Shown here one piece after another: positions 45,457 through 55,185 of a stretch of 64,000 nucleotides of DNA (position 1 is the stretch's first letter; each line of letters starts with the position of its first letter). A program made the translations under genes and the position numbers. Location of the stretch: IMG/VR virus record IMGVR_UViG_3300023174_000069, one strand, 5' to 3'. Source of the stretch: an uncultured virus (IMG/VR IMGVR_UViG_3300023174_000069) (Duplodnaviria; Heunggongvirae; Uroviricota; Caudoviricetes). Below the pieces are notes generated by a model. The model saw only the letters and a program-made list of their open reading frames with translations, was not told where the DNA came from and did no database searches.

Positions 45457-47146
45457 TACTCCACAGTTTCAACAACTGACTCCTAACGGTGTCAAAAACT
45501 ACAAAAGCAACCCTAACTTAAAAAGTGCAGGGGTTCAGTTTATCTTTACCAAAGAACAGATAGAAGAGCGCATTAAGTGTATGCGGGATCCTATTTACTT
45601 TATTGAGCGATACATGAAGATCGTTCACGTTGATAGAGGACTTGTTCCTTTTGATTTGTATAAGTTTCAAAAAGAGTTGTTGAATTCATACATTCACAAT
45701 CGCTTTACGATAGCTAAACTGCCTCGACAGGTGGGTAAGTCTACAGTAACTATTGCATACATCTTATGGACGGCGTTGTTTGGACCTATGCAAAATATTG
45801 CCATATTAGCAAACAAAGCCAGTACGTCACGAGACATATTAGCGAAACTACAGTTAGCGTATGAGCATATACCGTTATGGATGCAACAAGGTGTAGTTTC
45901 TTGGAACAAAGGATCTATTGAGCTAGAAAACGGTAGTAAAGTTATCGCAGCCGCTACTGCATCAAGCGCAGCACGAGGTAGCACCTACAACATTATCTTT
46001 CTCGACGAGTTTGCGTTCGTTCCAAAAAACATAGCAGAAGAGTTCATTACTTCTGTGTATCCTACTATTTCTTCCGGTAAGACCACCAAGGTTATTATGG
46101 TAAGTACACCAAACGGAATGAACCTGTTCTACAAATATTGGACTGATGCAGTACACAAGAGAAACCTTTATGTGCCTATTGAAGCACACTGGAGTGTGGT
46201 GCCCGGTAGGGACGAAGCGTGGGCAGAAGATCAAATCAAACAGCTAGGGCAAGAAAAGTTCGATCAAGAGTTTGGATGTTCATTCTTGGGTTCATCGAAT
46301 ACTCTTATTAGTTCAGCGAAACTTAGTGCTATGGCTTGGGTACCTCCTATACAAAAGATGAATGAGCTTGAGATATATGAGATGCCTAAGGAAGGACACA
46401 CTTATGTTTTAAGCGTGGATACCAGCGAGGGACAAAACTTAGATTATTCAGCGTTTACAGTAATTGATTGTAGTCAGATGCCGTATAAGCTAGTTGCCAA
46501 ATACTACAACAACAAGATATCACCTATGGTGTATCCTACAGTAATTTACAACGTAGCAACAAAGTATAACAATGCACACATATTAGCCGAGACAAACTCT
46601 ATAGGAATGCAAGTTGTAGAAATTTTGCATAATGACTTAGAGTATGAAAACATTTTTTCAACCACAAACATGGGTCGAGGAGGACAAAAGATCAGTTCAG
46701 GGTTCAAAAAGAACTCTAAACTTGGAATTAAAATGACTCAACAGATAAAATCCATAGGATGTTCTAACCTAAAAAGTCTATTAGAAAGTGATAAACTAAT
46801 AATTCAAGATTTTGATACTATCTCTGAGCTTACTTCCTTTGTTGCTAATCACGCTTCATTTTCGGCAGAAGCTGGTTGTCATGACGATCTTACTATTACT
46901 TTGGTATTATTTGCTTGGTTGACTGCACAAACATCTTTCAAAGAGCTTACTGACACCGATATAAGAAAGAAAATTGCAGATGAAAAAATAGAAAGTATGC
47001 AAGAAGAGATTTTACCTTTTGGATTCATAAACGATGGATCTGAATCCAAAGAAACTTTCAAAGATAGCGATGGTAACTGGTGGGAAGAAGCACATCCAAA
47101 CAGCTATTTTGATGCTGATGGATTCTTTTGGAATAAAGATGAATAA
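45449..47146 (+). CDS. gp17: Terminase large subunit
   Basis: Walker A-like LPRQVGKST, Walker B IIFLDEFAF, VSTPNG, and nuclease domain with DTSEG...DYS...HDD. Confidence 0.98.
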   Translation: MSNTPQFQQLTPNGVKNYKSNPNLKSAGVQFIFTKEQIEERIKCMRDPIYFIERYMKIVHVDRGLVPFDLYKFQKELLNSYIHNRFTIAKLPRQVGKSTVTIAYILWTALFGPMQNIAILANKASTSRDILAKLQLAYEHIPLWMQQGVVSWNKGSIELENGSKVIAAATASSAARGSTYNIIFLDEFAFVPKNIAEEFITSVYPTISSGKTTKVIMVSTPNGMNLFYKYWTDAVHKRNLYVPIEAHWSVVPGRDEAWAEDQIKQLGQEKFDQEFGCSFLGSSNTLISSAKLSAMAWVPPIQKMNELEIYEMPKEGHTYVLSVDTSEGQNLDYSAFTVIDCSQMPYKLVAKYYNNKISPMVYPTVIYNVATKYNNAHILAETNSIGMQVVEILHNDLEYENIFSTTNMGRGGQKISSGFKKNSKLGIKMTQQIKSIGCSNLKSLLESDKLIIQDFDTISELTSFVANHASFSAEAGCHDDLTITLVLFAWLTAQTSFKELTDTDIRKKIADEKIESMQEEILPFGFINDGSESKETFKDSDGNWWEEAHPNSYFDADGFFWNKDE

Positions 47147-47182
47147 TATCCATTCGCTAACATATTATTAGAAACGCATTTT

Positions 47183-47190
47183 TATAAATA
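47183..47190 (+). promoter_or_regulatory. T4-type late promoter (TATAAATA)
   Basis: Exact consensus upstream of gp18. Confidence 0.75.
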
Positions 47191-47251
47191 CAAAGCAATA
47201 AATTATACCAAGCTCTATAGTGATTTCGCTTTTAACCACAAGGAGATAGAC

Positions 47252-49228
47252 ATGGGATTTCAAGTATCGCCTGGAGTAGTAGTAACCGAAAAGGATCTTA
47301 CCACTATAGTTCCAGCAGTATCCACAACCGATGGTGCTTATGCTGGTGTGTTTCGTTGGGGGCCTCTCAATCAAATCGTTCTAGTAGGAGATGAGAATCA
47401 GCTTGCCAAGAGATTTGGAAAGCCAGTTCATGATAAAACAAGTGCTGCTTCACTAGCAGCTTCTAATGCAGTAGCTAGTTCTTTCTTTACTTGCGCCAAT
47501 TTCCTTGCATATGGAAATAAACTTCGCATTGTTAGAGTTGCTGGAGATGATGCAAGAAACGCAACTTCAGGAGTAGGTGCTTTGGATGGTACTGGTGTTC
47601 TCATCGAAAATGATGACGATTATGATAAGAATCACTCTAACGGTATCGAGGCTAAAGGCGCATTCGCCGCTAGATATCCCGGCGAATTAGGAAATAGCAT
47701 TAAAGTTTCTGTTTGTCCTAGTGCAAAGGCATTCTCACAAACTGTTGTGGGAACAGTATCTGGTGCCAAGGGGGATAAAACTCTTACAGGAACTGGAACA
47801 GATTTTACAAAACAAATTACCAAAGGTACTATTATTAAACATTCGGCTTCTAAGCAAGAAATCAAAGTTGCTCAAGTAACCGATAACGACACACTTGTGC
47901 TTGAGGAAAATTTAAGCACCGCACTTTCTGGAGCAACTGTTATTGCAAAATGGGAATTTGCTGATGTTATAGGATTTGCACCTACTACCTCAACTCCTGT
48001 TAAAGCAGGAGGTGGAAGCGGAGATGAGCTGCACGTTGTAGTTCTTGATGCTGATGGTAAAATTACTGGTAGTGCAGGCACTGTTCTTGAAAGATACTCG
48101 CTTCTTTCTAAAGCGTCAGATGCTATGAAAGAAGATGGTTCAACAAACTACTATGTCAACGTAATCAACAGAAATTCTGATTATGTTCGTTGGATAGATC
48201 ACGTTTATACCACTGAAAATTGGGGGGCAAAGGTTGATGCTGCGGAGGCATTTTTCCCAAGTGCTTCTGATGACGAGCACGTTCCTCACACCAAGGTAAT
48301 GAAAGGTGGTGTGGATTCAAATAACTCAGATGAAGATGAAACAATTTTAGGAAATCGTGTTGAAGGATATGAGCTGTTTGCGAACGGAGAGCTTGTAGAC
48401 GTTTCTCTAGTTCTTATGGGAGAAGCACCAGCCAGTTTGTGCAACACTGTTGTTAGCAACGTGTGCGAAAGTCGAATGGATTGTGTGGCATTTATTTCAC
48501 CTCCTAAGGATGCTGTAGTAGGAAATCCTGGTGGTGAAAGAGATGATATTCTTTCGTTCAGAAACAACGATCTAAACATTTCTTCTTCTTATGCTGTTAT
48601 GGACAGTGGATGGAAGATGCAGTATGATAAGTACAATGACGTTTATCGTTGGGTTCCACTTAACGGAGACATCGCAGGACTTTGCGTTCGTACCGACGTA
48701 AATCAAGATCCTTGGTGGTCGCCTGCAGGATATAATCGTGGACAAATTAAGAACGTTGTTAAACTTGCTTGGAATCCATTCAAAGCAGAAAGAGATGATC
48801 TGTATCTAGCAGGAGTTAATCCTGTAATTGCAACACAAGGTCAAGGAACTATTTTGTTTGGTGATAAGACCATGCTTGCTAAGCCAAGTGCTTTTGATCG
48901 AATCAATGTGCGACGATTGTTTATCGTTCTTGAGAAAGCTATTGCTCGTGCTGCTAAATTCATGTTGTTTGAGTTCAACGACGAGTTCACTCGTCAGCAG
49001 TTCCGCAGTCTTGTTGAGCCATTCCTTCGTGACGTACAAGCACGACGAGGAATTTATGACTTCAAGGTTGTGTGTGACAGAACCAACAATTCAGCCGAAG
49101 TTATCGACCGTAATGAATTTGTAGGAGACATTTATATTAAACCTGCTAGAGCAATTAATTTCATTCAGTTGAACTTTATTGCTGTTAGAACTGGTGTTGA
49201 CTTCTCCGAAATTGTTGGAAAGGCATAA
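47252..49228 (+). CDS. gp18: Tail sheath protein
   Basis: SPGVVVTEKDLT; WWSPAGYNRG; FDRINVRRLF; YIKPARAINFI. Confidence 0.98.
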   Translation: MGFQVSPGVVVTEKDLTTIVPAVSTTDGAYAGVFRWGPLNQIVLVGDENQLAKRFGKPVHDKTSAASLAASNAVASSFFTCANFLAYGNKLRIVRVAGDDARNATSGVGALDGTGVLIENDDDYDKNHSNGIEAKGAFAARYPGELGNSIKVSVCPSAKAFSQTVVGTVSGAKGDKTLTGTGTDFTKQITKGTIIKHSASKQEIKVAQVTDNDTLVLEENLSTALSGATVIAKWEFADVIGFAPTTSTPVKAGGGSGDELHVVVLDADGKITGSAGTVLERYSLLSKASDAMKEDGSTNYYVNVINRNSDYVRWIDHVYTTENWGAKVDAAEAFFPSASDDEHVPHTKVMKGGVDSNNSDEDETILGNRVEGYELFANGELVDVSLVLMGEAPASLCNTVVSNVCESRMDCVAFISPPKDAVVGNPGGERDDILSFRNNDLNISSSYAVMDSGWKMQYDKYNDVYRWVPLNGDIAGLCVRTDVNQDPWWSPAGYNRGQIKNVVKLAWNPFKAERDDLYLAGVNPVIATQGQGTILFGDKTMLAKPSAFDRINVRRLFIVLEKAIARAAKFMLFEFNDEFTRQQFRSLVEPFLRDVQARRGIYDFKVVCDRTNNSAEVIDRNEFVGDIYIKPARAINFIQLNFIAVRTGVDFSEIVGKA

Positions 49229-49231
49229 ATA
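49224..49231 (+). promoter_or_regulatory. T4-type late promoter (CATAAATA)
   Basis: At the end of gp18, upstream of the first gp19. Confidence 0.5.
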
Positions 49232-49252
49232 ACACAAACGAGGAGATAAAAC

Positions 49253-49858
49253 ATGGCATTTAACATCAATCAATTTAAGAATCAGCTCACTTATGGTGGT
49301 GCACGTTCGTCGCTCTTCCAAGTGCAACTGAATCTTCCACAAAATTTGTCCGATCCTACAGATAATGGTGTTATTGATGCAGCGGGACTTCCTGCACCAG
49401 TTGTAGAGAGAAAGATTGCTTTCATGTGTAAAGCAACTTCTATTCCACCTAGCACTGTGACTGCAATCGATGTTCCTTACTTTGGTCGTAAGACTAAGGT
49501 TGCTGGAGCCAGAACATTTGAGCCTTGGTCTATTACTATCATCAACGATGAAGATTTCATGATTCGTAAGACCATGGAACATTGGATGGCTTCTATCAAC
49601 GGACATGCAACTAACATCAATAACTCTGGCGTTACTTCACGTCCTGCTGATTATCAGACCACAGCTATTGTACGACAGTTCAGTAAGGGTCCTGAGCAGT
49701 TTGCTATTCGTGCTTACAAGTTTGTTAATATTTTCCCAACAGAGCTTTCCAATATCGAGCTTGCATGGGAAAATGAAAACACTATTGAAGAGTTTACGGT
49801 AACATTTAACTACGATTACTGGGAAATTGATTCTTCAGCAGATCTTGGAGTTCTCTAA
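49253..49858 (+). CDS. gp19: Tail tube protein (major copy)
   Basis: GGARSSLF...VPYFGRKTKVAGARTFEPWSITIINDEDF...IEEFTVTFNYDYW; strong SD and high-expression codon bias. Confidence 0.95.
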   Translation: MAFNINQFKNQLTYGGARSSLFQVQLNLPQNLSDPTDNGVIDAAGLPAPVVERKIAFMCKATSIPPSTVTAIDVPYFGRKTKVAGARTFEPWSITIINDEDFMIRKTMEHWMASINGHATNINNSGVTSRPADYQTTAIVRQFSKGPEQFAIRAYKFVNIFPTELSNIELAWENENTIEEFTVTFNYDYWEIDSSADLGVL

Positions 49859-49893
49859 GATACGTTTTCTTTTACAACTAAATAATAGTAACT

Positions 49894-49918
49894 CGCCTTC
49901 CTCTAGAGAAGGCGTTTT
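49894..49918 (+). terminator. Hairpin plus short T tract between the two gp19 genes
   Basis: CGCCTTC...GAAGGCG then TTTT; ACTAAATA late-like motif at 49877-49884. Confidence 0.5.
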
Positions 49919-49929
49919 ACTATAAAGAT

Positions 49930-50502
49930 ATGGCTTTTAACATAAACAAATTCAAATCAAATGCGTTGTTAAAGGGTGGTGCCAGATCATCTCTATTTGA
50001 GGTACAAATTACTTTACCACCAAGCGTCATAACAGCCACCAGTGATATTCTGGATGCAACACCGTTAGGGCTCAGAAATTCTCAAGAAAAATTAACATTT
50101 TTATGCAAAGCAACTTCTATACCAGGAAGTTCTGTGGGTGTAATTGAAATTCCTTTTATGGGAAGAAAAGTTAGCTGTGTTGGTTCTAGAACATTTGAGC
50201 CTTGGACAATAACAGTAATCAACGACGAAGATTTCGGTGTGAGAAAGGCCTTTGAACATTGGCTATCTGCTATGAACGGTCACGCCAGTAATTTTAAAAG
50301 TGGTGTTACATCCTCTCCTGACACCTATCAACAAACTGGTGTTGTTAGACACTTTGGACAAAATGGTGATTTAATACGAGTATATGTGCTAAACAATTTA
50401 TTTCCAACAGAAATATCCAGCACCGAGCTTTCTTGGGAAAACGAAAATACTATTGAAGAGTTTTCGGTAACACTTAGATACGATTATTGGGATGCAGGAT
50501 AA
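49930..50502 (+). CDS. gp19: Second tail tube paralogue (gp19-like)
   Basis: Same motifs as the first copy (GGARSSLF, RTFEPWTITVINDEDF, WENENTIEEF). Confidence 0.9.
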   Translation: MAFNINKFKSNALLKGGARSSLFEVQITLPPSVITATSDILDATPLGLRNSQEKLTFLCKATSIPGSSVGVIEIPFMGRKVSCVGSRTFEPWTITVINDEDFGVRKAFEHWLSAMNGHASNFKSGVTSSPDTYQQTGVVRHFGQNGDLIRVYVLNNLFPTEISSTELSWENENTIEEFSVTLRYDYWDAG

Positions 50503-50517
50503 TTAAAAATATAGCAC

Positions 50518-50525
50518 TATAAATA
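50518..50525 (+). promoter_or_regulatory. T4-type late promoter (TATAAATA)
   Basis: Exact consensus upstream of the portal gene. Confidence 0.75.
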
Positions 50526-50551
50526 ATGTTGTAATTGATGCAGGGTGAAAA

Positions 50552-52165
50552 ATGGAATTTAATATATTTGGTTGGAAAATAAAGAAAACTAAAGAAGAGC
50601 AAAAGCAAGAAAATGCTCGCTCATTCGTACTTCCCGAAAATCAAGACGGTGCAGTAAACGTAGAGGGCTTGGCTGGAGCCTACGGTGCATATATTGACTT
50701 TGATGCAACTGTAAAGAATGAGTATGAGCTAGTTACTAGATATCGAGAACTTTCACTTTTACCAGACGTTGACTTTGCTGTAGATGATATTGTCAACGAA
50801 ATGTTAATAATAGATGGTCACAGTGATCCTATAAAAATCAACTTAGAAAAAGTAAAAGTTGCCAAGTCTGTAAAAACTAAAATTGAAGAAGAGTTTAGAA
50901 ATATTCTTTCTTTACTGGATTGGAACAATCAAGCCTACGAAATTGTTAAAAAGTGGTATATTGATGGTAGATTGTACTATCATGTCATATTGGATGAAAA
51001 TAACAAATCAAAAGGTATTGCTGAACTTCGATATGTTGATCCTCGACAAATACGAAAAGTGCGAGAGATTGAACGAGAGATAGACGAACAAAGTGGAGTA
51101 GAATTAGTAAAAATTATTGATGAATATTTTACCTACAATAGTCGAGGTATTCAATTTAATTCATCAAACTCCTATAGTCCTATTGCTACTATGGGTGGTA
51201 TAAAAATAACTACAGATTCTATTTGCTATGTTCATTCTGGTATTGTAGACAAGTATTCGGCATCCATTCTTTCTAATCTTCACAAAGCAATTAAACCAAT
51301 CAATCAGCTCAAGATGATGGAAGATGCTCTTGTCATCTATCGTATTGCTCGTGCTCCTGAGCGAAGAATCTTTTACGTTGATGTTGGTAATTTGCCTAAA
51401 ACCAAAGCAGATGATTATCTTCGTAGTGTAATGAATCGCTATCGTAATAAACTTCAGTATAATATTGAAACTGGAGAAATGCGGGATGATAGACGCTTCT
51501 TATCGATGCTTGAAGATTACTGGCTTCCTCGACGAGAAGGTTCACAAGGAACTTCCATTGAAACTCTTCCTGGTGGTGAGAATTTAGGTGAAATGCAAGA
51601 TGTAGAATACTTTCAAAAGAAAGTTTATCGTGCATTAAATGTTCCTCTTTCACGATTAGATTCAAATAGTGGCTTTCAGTTGGGTCGTGCCGCAGAGATC
51701 TCTCGTGATGAAGTAAAATTTGCCAAGTTTATACATCGTGTAAGACTTCGCTTTAGTCATTTGTTTGATGAGCTATTAAAGAAGCAGCTTGTACTAAAGA
51801 ATATTATAAACCCTCAAGAGTGGGCTAGTATTCGAGAAAATATAAAATTTGACTTCAATACAGACAATCATTATGCAGAATTGAAAGAAATAGAAATGAT
51901 GAAGAGTAGAATGGAAATGCTTCAGACACTGGATCCCTACTCTAACAAATATTTCTCAGTTCAGTGGATTAGACAGAATGTACTAAGACAAACTGAAGAA
52001 GAGCAAGCTGAAATTGATTCGCAGATAAAAGCCGAAAAGAAGCTATATGCAAATAGTACAGAGCAGGACTCCAATAATGATGAATCAGCACAAGAACCAA
52101 TGATAGAACCTAAAACCAATATAGACGATATTGTGGAAATTTATGATGGTGAGTTAGATACATAA
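50552..52165 (+). CDS. gp20: Portal vertex protein
   Basis: WYIDGRLYYH; LHKAIKPINQLKMMEDALVIYRIARAPERRIFYVDVGNLPK; EDYWLPRREG. Confidence 0.98.
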   Translation: MEFNIFGWKIKKTKEEQKQENARSFVLPENQDGAVNVEGLAGAYGAYIDFDATVKNEYELVTRYRELSLLPDVDFAVDDIVNEMLIIDGHSDPIKINLEKVKVAKSVKTKIEEEFRNILSLLDWNNQAYEIVKKWYIDGRLYYHVILDENNKSKGIAELRYVDPRQIRKVREIEREIDEQSGVELVKIIDEYFTYNSRGIQFNSSNSYSPIATMGGIKITTDSICYVHSGIVDKYSASILSNLHKAIKPINQLKMMEDALVIYRIARAPERRIFYVDVGNLPKTKADDYLRSVMNRYRNKLQYNIETGEMRDDRRFLSMLEDYWLPRREGSQGTSIETLPGGENLGEMQDVEYFQKKVYRALNVPLSRLDSNSGFQLGRAAEISRDEVKFAKFIHRVRLRFSHLFDELLKKQLVLKNIINPQEWASIRENIKFDFNTDNHYAELKEIEMMKSRMEMLQTLDPYSNKYFSVQWIRQNVLRQTEEEQAEIDSQIKAEKKLYANSTEQDSNNDESAQEPMIEPKTNIDDIVEIYDGELDT

Positions 52166-52195
52166 ACCAATAAATAATAAACAGGAGAAATTATT

Positions 52196-52378
52196 ATGTC
52201 AAAATCCAAAGAAACCAGTTTAGTAGCAAAGGCGCTCAATGCTATTTCCAAAGGAAATGCTGTATTGATGAAAAAGAATATCAAAGAAGCACTTCTATCC
52301 AAAGTTCGCAGAGCTATCGACAAGAAAGAAAAAGAATTGGCCAAGTCTATTATAAACGACGTTACAAAGACGAAATAA
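52196..52378 (+). CDS. Small prohead core protein (gp67-like position)
   Basis: 60-aa helical ORF between gp20 and gp21, with AGGAG SD and AATAAATA at 52169-52176. Confidence 0.65.
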   Translation: MSKSKETSLVAKALNAISKGNAVLMKKNIKEALLSKVRRAIDKKEKELAKSIINDVTKTK

Positions 52379-52382
52379 TCCA

Positions 52383-53042
52383 ATGAAACTTATTTGCGAA
52401 GTTACAGAAGAGATCAAAGTAATTAAAGAAGGTGCCGACAACGCACAAAAAAATTACTTTATCGAAGGTGTATTCATGCAAGCCGAACTAAAAAATAGGA
52501 ACGGCAGAATGTATCCACAAGAAATGCTTGAGCGAGAAATCGGTAGATATGTCAGCGAGTACGTTGACAAGAAGCGAGCGTTTGGAGAATTAGGACATCC
52601 TGATGGACCTACAATCAATCTTGATCGAGTTTCACACATGATCACAGACTTGAGAGTTGAAGGAGCCAATTTTATTGGCAAAGCAAAAATTCTTAGCACA
52701 CCAAATGGTAATATTGTAAAGGCATTAATCGATGAGGGGGCAAGATTGGGTGTATCGAGTCGTGGAATGGGCTCGATTAAAACAGAAGGACATGACGTGC
52801 AGATTGTACAAGATGATTTTTATCTTGCAACCGCAGCAGATATTGTGGCTGATCCGTCTGCTCCGGATGCTTTTGTAAACGGCATCATGGAAGGAAAAGA
52901 ATGGGTATGGCATAATGGAATATTACTCGAAAAAGATATACACGAGTATAAGAAAACCATAATAAAAGCACCAGCCAAAAAGATCAAAGAAGTTAGCGTT
53001 AAAGCATTTGAGAATTTCATCAAGAAGCTAGAGAAAAAGTAG
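52383..53042 (+). CDS. gp21: Prohead core protease
   Basis: IEGVFMQAE.KNRNGRMYP; GELGHP; LGVSSRGMGS; DIVADPSAPDAFV. Confidence 0.97.
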   Translation: MKLICEVTEEIKVIKEGADNAQKNYFIEGVFMQAELKNRNGRMYPQEMLEREIGRYVSEYVDKKRAFGELGHPDGPTINLDRVSHMITDLRVEGANFIGKAKILSTPNGNIVKALIDEGARLGVSSRGMGSIKTEGHDVQIVQDDFYLATAADIVADPSAPDAFVNGIMEGKEWVWHNGILLEKDIHEYKKTIIKAPAKKIKEVSVKAFENFIKKLEKK

Positions 53043-53049
53043 GAAAATT

Positions 53050-53490
53050 ATGGCAAATTTTGTCTATGACAAAGCTCGTGAGAAATTTCTTAATGGTGAC
53101 ATTTCTTGGACACGAGATACTTTTAAAGTGATTTTGCTAAACAGCTCATATGTTGCTAGTAAAGATCATCAAACGTTGATAGATGTTCCTACCGGCAGTA
53201 GAATTGCTCTATCAACCGCTCTAGTAAATAAAACTGTCACTAATGGTGTTGCTAGTGCAGATCCCAAAATAGTTGCTGATGTTCCATCTGGACGTGTTAT
53301 TAAATCTCTTATCATAGTAAAGCAAAACACATTAGCGACTGATGCACAATCAGAGCTAATTGCATACATCGATACAGCCTCTGGTATTTCTGGAACAAAT
53401 AATAGTGGATTAACTACCACAGGAGCTAATGTAACGATCAATTGGAGTGGTAGTGTAGGAGCAGTTCCAAATAAAATTTTCAATCTGTAA
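53050..53490 (+). CDS. Putative virion structural protein
   Basis: MANFVYDKAREKFLNGDISW...FKVIL...LIAYID...TGANVTINW...IFNL pattern, seen in phage structural modules. Confidence 0.7.
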   Translation: MANFVYDKAREKFLNGDISWTRDTFKVILLNSSYVASKDHQTLIDVPTGSRIALSTALVNKTVTNGVASADPKIVADVPSGRVIKSLIIVKQNTLATDAQSELIAYIDTASGISGTNNSGLTTTGANVTINWSGSVGAVPNKIFNL

Positions 53491-53493
53491 CTT

Positions 53494-53844
53494 ATGAATA
53501 TTGGAGTTTCTAATTTAATAACACACATCAAGCAACCTAATGAAGTGTTGCCTATAGATATTAGTTTTGGAAAACTTCATATATTACCTAGAGGCGCCAA
53601 AGAAATCATAGAAACACAAGCAACAGCAAAACGTTGGAAACGTAAGTTTCCAAATCAAGTAGAAGATGCAAATACATTTTTGGTTTCTTCTACTCCTTTA
53701 GTTTTGGCTCCACAAAAAACATCTGTGAGAGTAATTGTCGCTGGTGGTGAGGATGATTATGACTATCAAGTGACAATTTTGGTTACGTTCGACAACTTAG
53801 CCAGACTTGAGCAGGAGATTTTCGTAAGGGTAAGAGAAGATTAA
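53494..53844 (+). CDS. Putative structural/adaptor protein (KQPxE...DI.F family)
   Basis: KQPNEVLPIDISF...VIVAGGED...YQVT...EQEIFVRV. Confidence 0.7.
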   Translation: MNIGVSNLITHIKQPNEVLPIDISFGKLHILPRGAKEIIETQATAKRWKRKFPNQVEDANTFLVSSTPLVLAPQKTSVRVIVAGGEDDYDYQVTILVTFDNLARLEQEIFVRVRED

Positions 53845-53849
53845 AAATA

Positions 53850-53857
53850 TATAAATA
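53850..53857 (+). promoter_or_regulatory. T4-type late promoter (TATAAATA)
   Basis: Exact consensus upstream of gp22. Confidence 0.75.
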
Positions 53858-53900
53858 AAAATGCCTTAGAGCAAAATATAATATTTTGGGAGTTATTACA

Positions 53901-55127
53901 ATGGCAATTACATCAAAATTCTTGAGAGACATCCGTGAGAGTGCTGAAGCTGATGTACCTACACACTCTTCTGACGCCGCAGCAACTACACCAGAATCAC
54001 TAAAAGCAAAGAAGGTTACTGAAGAGGAAACCGAGGATAAGGCAGAAGTTACCGAAGAAGATGAGGCTGATATGAAAGCTGAGTCTGAGGACAAGGATGC
54101 CGACGATATGGTTTCTGAAGAGGAAGATACTGAGTTGAAAGCTGAGTCTGAGGACAAGGATGCCGACGATATGGTTTCTGAAGAGGATGAGGCTGAGCTT
54201 AAAGAAGAAGATGAAGCCGATCTTAAAGAAGAGGAAGAAGCCGATCTCAAGATGAAAGCTGAGTCGGAAGATGCTGATGAGGACGACATGGTTTCTGAAG
54301 AGGAAGATGCTGAACTCAAAGAAGAGGACGAAGTTAAGCTAGACGAAGAGGATGAGGAAAAGTTGGCTGAAGAGGAAGATGAAGCAGTTAAGGAAGCCAC
54401 TGATGCTCTTACTAAGGACGAGGAGCTTCCAGAATCATTCAAGACCAAGGTTGCTTCTATTTTTGAAGCTGCTGTTAAACGCACATCAAAGAAACGTGCT
54501 GCTGCTCATACCAAGAAATTAGTAGAAAGCTACAATCAAAAGTTGGCTAGCAATAAAAAGAAAGTTTCTGATACTCTTGTAAACAAGGTGGATGGTTATC
54601 TTGATTATGTTGTTGAAGAGTGGATGAAAGATAATAAAGTGGCTATTGAAGGTGCACTTCGTTCCGAGATTACTGAGAAGTTTATCGTTGGATTGAAGAA
54701 TCTTTTTGAAAGTCACTATATTGAAGTTCCTGCTGAGAAAGCTAATATTCTTTCAGAGCAGGAGCATAAGATAAAGAAACTTGAGAAAGAACTTAATGAT
54801 GAACTCGTAAAGAGTGTGGAACTCCGCAAGGAAAATATTCGTCTCAAGAAATCTTCAATTATCAAGAAGCTCACTGAAGGAATGACTGTAAGTGATGCAG
54901 CAAAGTTCCATGAACTTTGCGAAGGTGTATCTTTCGAGAATACACAATCATTTGGTCAGAAGCTCAAGGTGATTAAGGAAACCTATTTTCCAAAAACCTC
55001 TGCCGGCTCTCGTGACATTGATGCTTCTTTATTGACTGAAGGTGGTTTGACGCAGCAAGATCAACCAAAGATCTCAACCGAGGTTGATGTTTTTGCAGAT
55101 GTCATCTCCAGAATGGTGAAAAGATAA
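53901..55127 (+). CDS. gp22: Prohead core scaffold protein
   Basis: ELPESFKTKVASIFEAAV; KVDGYLDYVVEEWM..NKVAIE; LKNLFESHYIEVP; ATG at 53901 with GGGAG SD. Confidence 0.95.
   Translation: MAITSKFLRDIRESAEADVPTHSSDAAATTPESLKAKKVTEEETEDKAEVTEEDEADMKAESEDKDADDMVSEEEDTELKAESEDKDADDMVSEEDEAELKEEDEADLKEEEEADLKMKAESEDADEDDMVSEEEDAELKEEDEVKLDEEDEEKLAEEEDEAVKEATDALTKDEELPESFKTKVASIFEAAVKRTSKKRAAAHTKKLVESYNQKLASNKKKVSDTLVNKVDGYLDYVVEEWMKDNKVAIEGALRSEITEKFIVGLKNLFESHYIEVPAEKANILSEQEHKIKKLEKELNDELVKSVELRKENIRLKKSSIIKKLTEGMTVSDAAKFHELCEGVSFENTQSFGQKLKVIKETYFPKTSAGSRDIDASLLTEGGLTQQDQPKISTEVDVFADVISRMVKR
54073..54306 (+). repeat. Acidic coding repeats in the gp22 N-terminus
   Basis: 52-bp exact repeat at 54073-54124 and 54136-54187 (63-nt period); degenerate third copy from about 54252. 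Confidence 0.85.
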
Positions 55128-55131
55128 AAAT

Positions 55132-55139
55132 GATAAATA
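55132..55139 (+). promoter_or_regulatory. T4-type late promoter (GATAAATA)
   Basis: Upstream of gp23. Confidence 0.65.
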
Positions 55140-55185
55140 GCTTATAGAGGAACAGTTCTTAATTGTTTTAAAAGGAGAATGTAAA

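Noticed and set aside
53783..54484. 233-aa Ser-rich minus-strand ORF
   Set aside because: Antisense shadow of the acidic gp22 repeats. Other minus-strand ORFs in the track likewise lie opposite well-supported genes.
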